Shown here one piece after another: positions 62,701 to 64,000 of a stretch of DNA of 64,000 bases; the first letter of the stretch is position 1; each line of letters opens with the position of its first letter. Under the pieces are notes generated by a model, which had not been told where the DNA came from, searched no databases, and saw only the letters and a list, made by a program, of their open reading frames with translations. The DNA is from Paraspadella gotoi (taxonomy: Eukaryota; Animalia; Chaetognatha): contig CM119267.1 in NCBI GenBank assembly GCA_051294375.1, positions 10,225,458-10,289,457 on the forward strand. The letters are read 5' to 3'. A program made the position numbers and the translations under genes.

Positions 62701-64000
62701 CCCTTTCCCGAGGCGTACGTCGTGCAGACGGTCGTTCTCGGGGCCTGGAATCCCTCAGAACTCTCCCCCGACGCAAGGGTTTTGGTGATTCTTCGAGCTT
62801 CGTTGGCGGATTTCTCTTCAAGCTCGACCATCTCCTCTTCGTAAAGAATCTCGTCGTCGACGGAGGAGTCGAGAGTTATCCCTTCGGCTCTGTACATCTT
62901 TCCCGTTCGGTTTTCTAGGAATATGTGTTGGACTCGATCGTCCGTCGACTCCATGGTTAAAATTTGAACGTCGTATTCTGACGCTTCATCTTCCGAGGCT
63001 AACAAAGCCTTTCTTTGATTTAAATTGGCGAAATTACCAAGTCCTTCCGCATAACCGCTATGAGTCGGTAAATCAGACGCGGCATCTGTCTCAGGGTCAT
63101 TTTGCTTTAACGATCTGATTGAGGCTGCATTCTGAGAAAAACGATGCCTACGCAACTCGTCCGTCGACTCATTGACAGAAGAGCCTCCTTCAAACAAAGA
63201 CGCTTCAGCCACGACGGCAGGTTGATGTGAATGAGCGTTAATCGCTTGGGATTCGTCAATAATTCCCGTATCTGCCGGGACTTCCAAAGCTCTATCGATT
63301 TCGGGATTGTCTCTTGTCTCAGACTTGATCGACGCTCTCCGCGAAGAAAAGGTATTTCGGCGGATCACGTCGTCGTCCGATTGCGGCAAGGCCGCTCCGC
63401 CGTCCATGCTCGCGCCTTTTTCCACTTTCGCGAGAGATTCGTGCCGCGGACTTACGTTGACCACGCTGCGAGCTCCTTGTGGCATTCCCGCGGCCGTGCC
63501 GAGATCCGCCTCTTCTTTCAGTTCGGATTGAGGTATTTGAAAACTTTCTTCAAGTTCCCGAATTTCTAATACGCCGGTTTCGTTAAAAGCTTGCAATTCC
63601 GCCTGACTTTCGTTCTTCGCCCAACTGATGTTAATCTCTTGATCGACGCCTTCGCTGAATTTACAATCCTTCCTCCATTCGTTTTCGAGTTCCTCTCTTT
63701 CATCCTCGCTTCCCTTAACGTAGGCGGCGATTTCGCATTTGCAAGATTCGGTGGGAGACTCCACCCTTTCGGAGCCTTCCCCCGACTCGTTCTCAGAGAA
63801 TTCGATCGTCGCGTGTCTGGTAGATTTACGGAAGGCGGCTTCCGCGTACACGCTGTCATCGAATCTTTCCCTAGATTCCTTCTGAGACTCGTTCTCGCCA
63901 AGACTCCTGACGGCGTCGGCGGATTCGTGATCCATTCCGCCGAAATCGTCGTTCGACGAGGCGTACAACTCGCCCGGCGCCATCTCCAGTTCCGCTTCGT
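47786..64000 (-). CDS. Giant multi-exon low-complexity protein with one-exon CxC(E/D) repeats and C-terminal TM (5'-partial)
   Basis: More than 40 short, mostly phase 1-1 exons encoding S/K/E-rich repeats with GCGCE/GCPCE/CCCE. Large acidic exon from 62373 to beyond 63983. TM exon at about 47994-48080 (VTWLAAGLGILAVGFLAL), then RADQNPVAREKYKGCCCRK* (an alternative last exon near 47515-47655 is possible). Confidence 0.75.
55678..56560. mobile_element. MITE of the same family as 32071-32789, carrying a non-LTR retrotransposon 3' fragment
   Basis: Ends ggaggcttcatatt / aatatgaagctttcc. Shares agctgatgttcatgaagctgaaaa and aaatattgaaattcgcctcgata with the first MITE. 55827-56009 encodes LLYVCE..LNVAVNDGMRKIFG..WES, resembling the post-RT region of LINEs. 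Confidence 0.7.
59045..59262 (-). mobile_element. tRNA-derived SINE
   Basis: Minus strand has A-box tggctcattgag, B-box ggttcaatccc and a (gtaa/gtat)n tail. Confidence 0.7.
59551..59584. other. (TC)n microsatellite abutting an assembly gap
   Basis: tc repeats followed by N at 59572-59584. Confidence 0.95.
59971..60250. mobile_element. MITE-like fold-back element
   Basis: tgaagagttgcag..aaacga / tcgttt..ctgcaactcttca, with inner aaaatgtaatagagagacattt / aaatgtctctctattacatttt. Confidence 0.6.

Overview
AT-rich, gene-dense animal (invertebrate, probably protostome) nuclear DNA with mostly short (55-150 nt) spliceosomal introns. The six-frame ORF track therefore mostly shows exon fragments and antisense shadows. 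Plus-strand genes, in order: a SUN-domain protein; a zinc-finger locus with a MADS-like N-terminus; DDX39B/UAP56; UQCRH; a coiled-coil protein resembling SIX6OS1; an AIFM3-like oxidoreductase; XRCC1; Strawberry notch; UBE2K; Angel; a GABA-A beta/LCCH3-like receptor; an Ig/EGF/discoidin membrane protein; and a 3-exon secreted knottin-like peptide that the ORF track misses. Minus-strand genes: a NAT8-like GNAT; a beta-helix protein; PCMT1; and a giant tail-anchored protein of more than 40 exons built from one-exon CxC(E/D) repeats, which runs off the window end. Non-coding DNA holds MITEs, tRNA-derived SINEs, a DINE/Helentron-like composite and Penelope-type hammerhead-ribozyme palindromes. Best leads: operon-like gene spacing with unpaired acceptors (possible trans-splicing); a constant-exon/variable zinc-finger-exon layout; a flip/flop hairpin plus hammerhead element in an Sbno intron; the delta-hexatoxin-spaced knottin; the CxC repeat protein; and unusually frequent AAG acceptors. 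All gene models were derived by eye, and family calls are from memory, not database searches.
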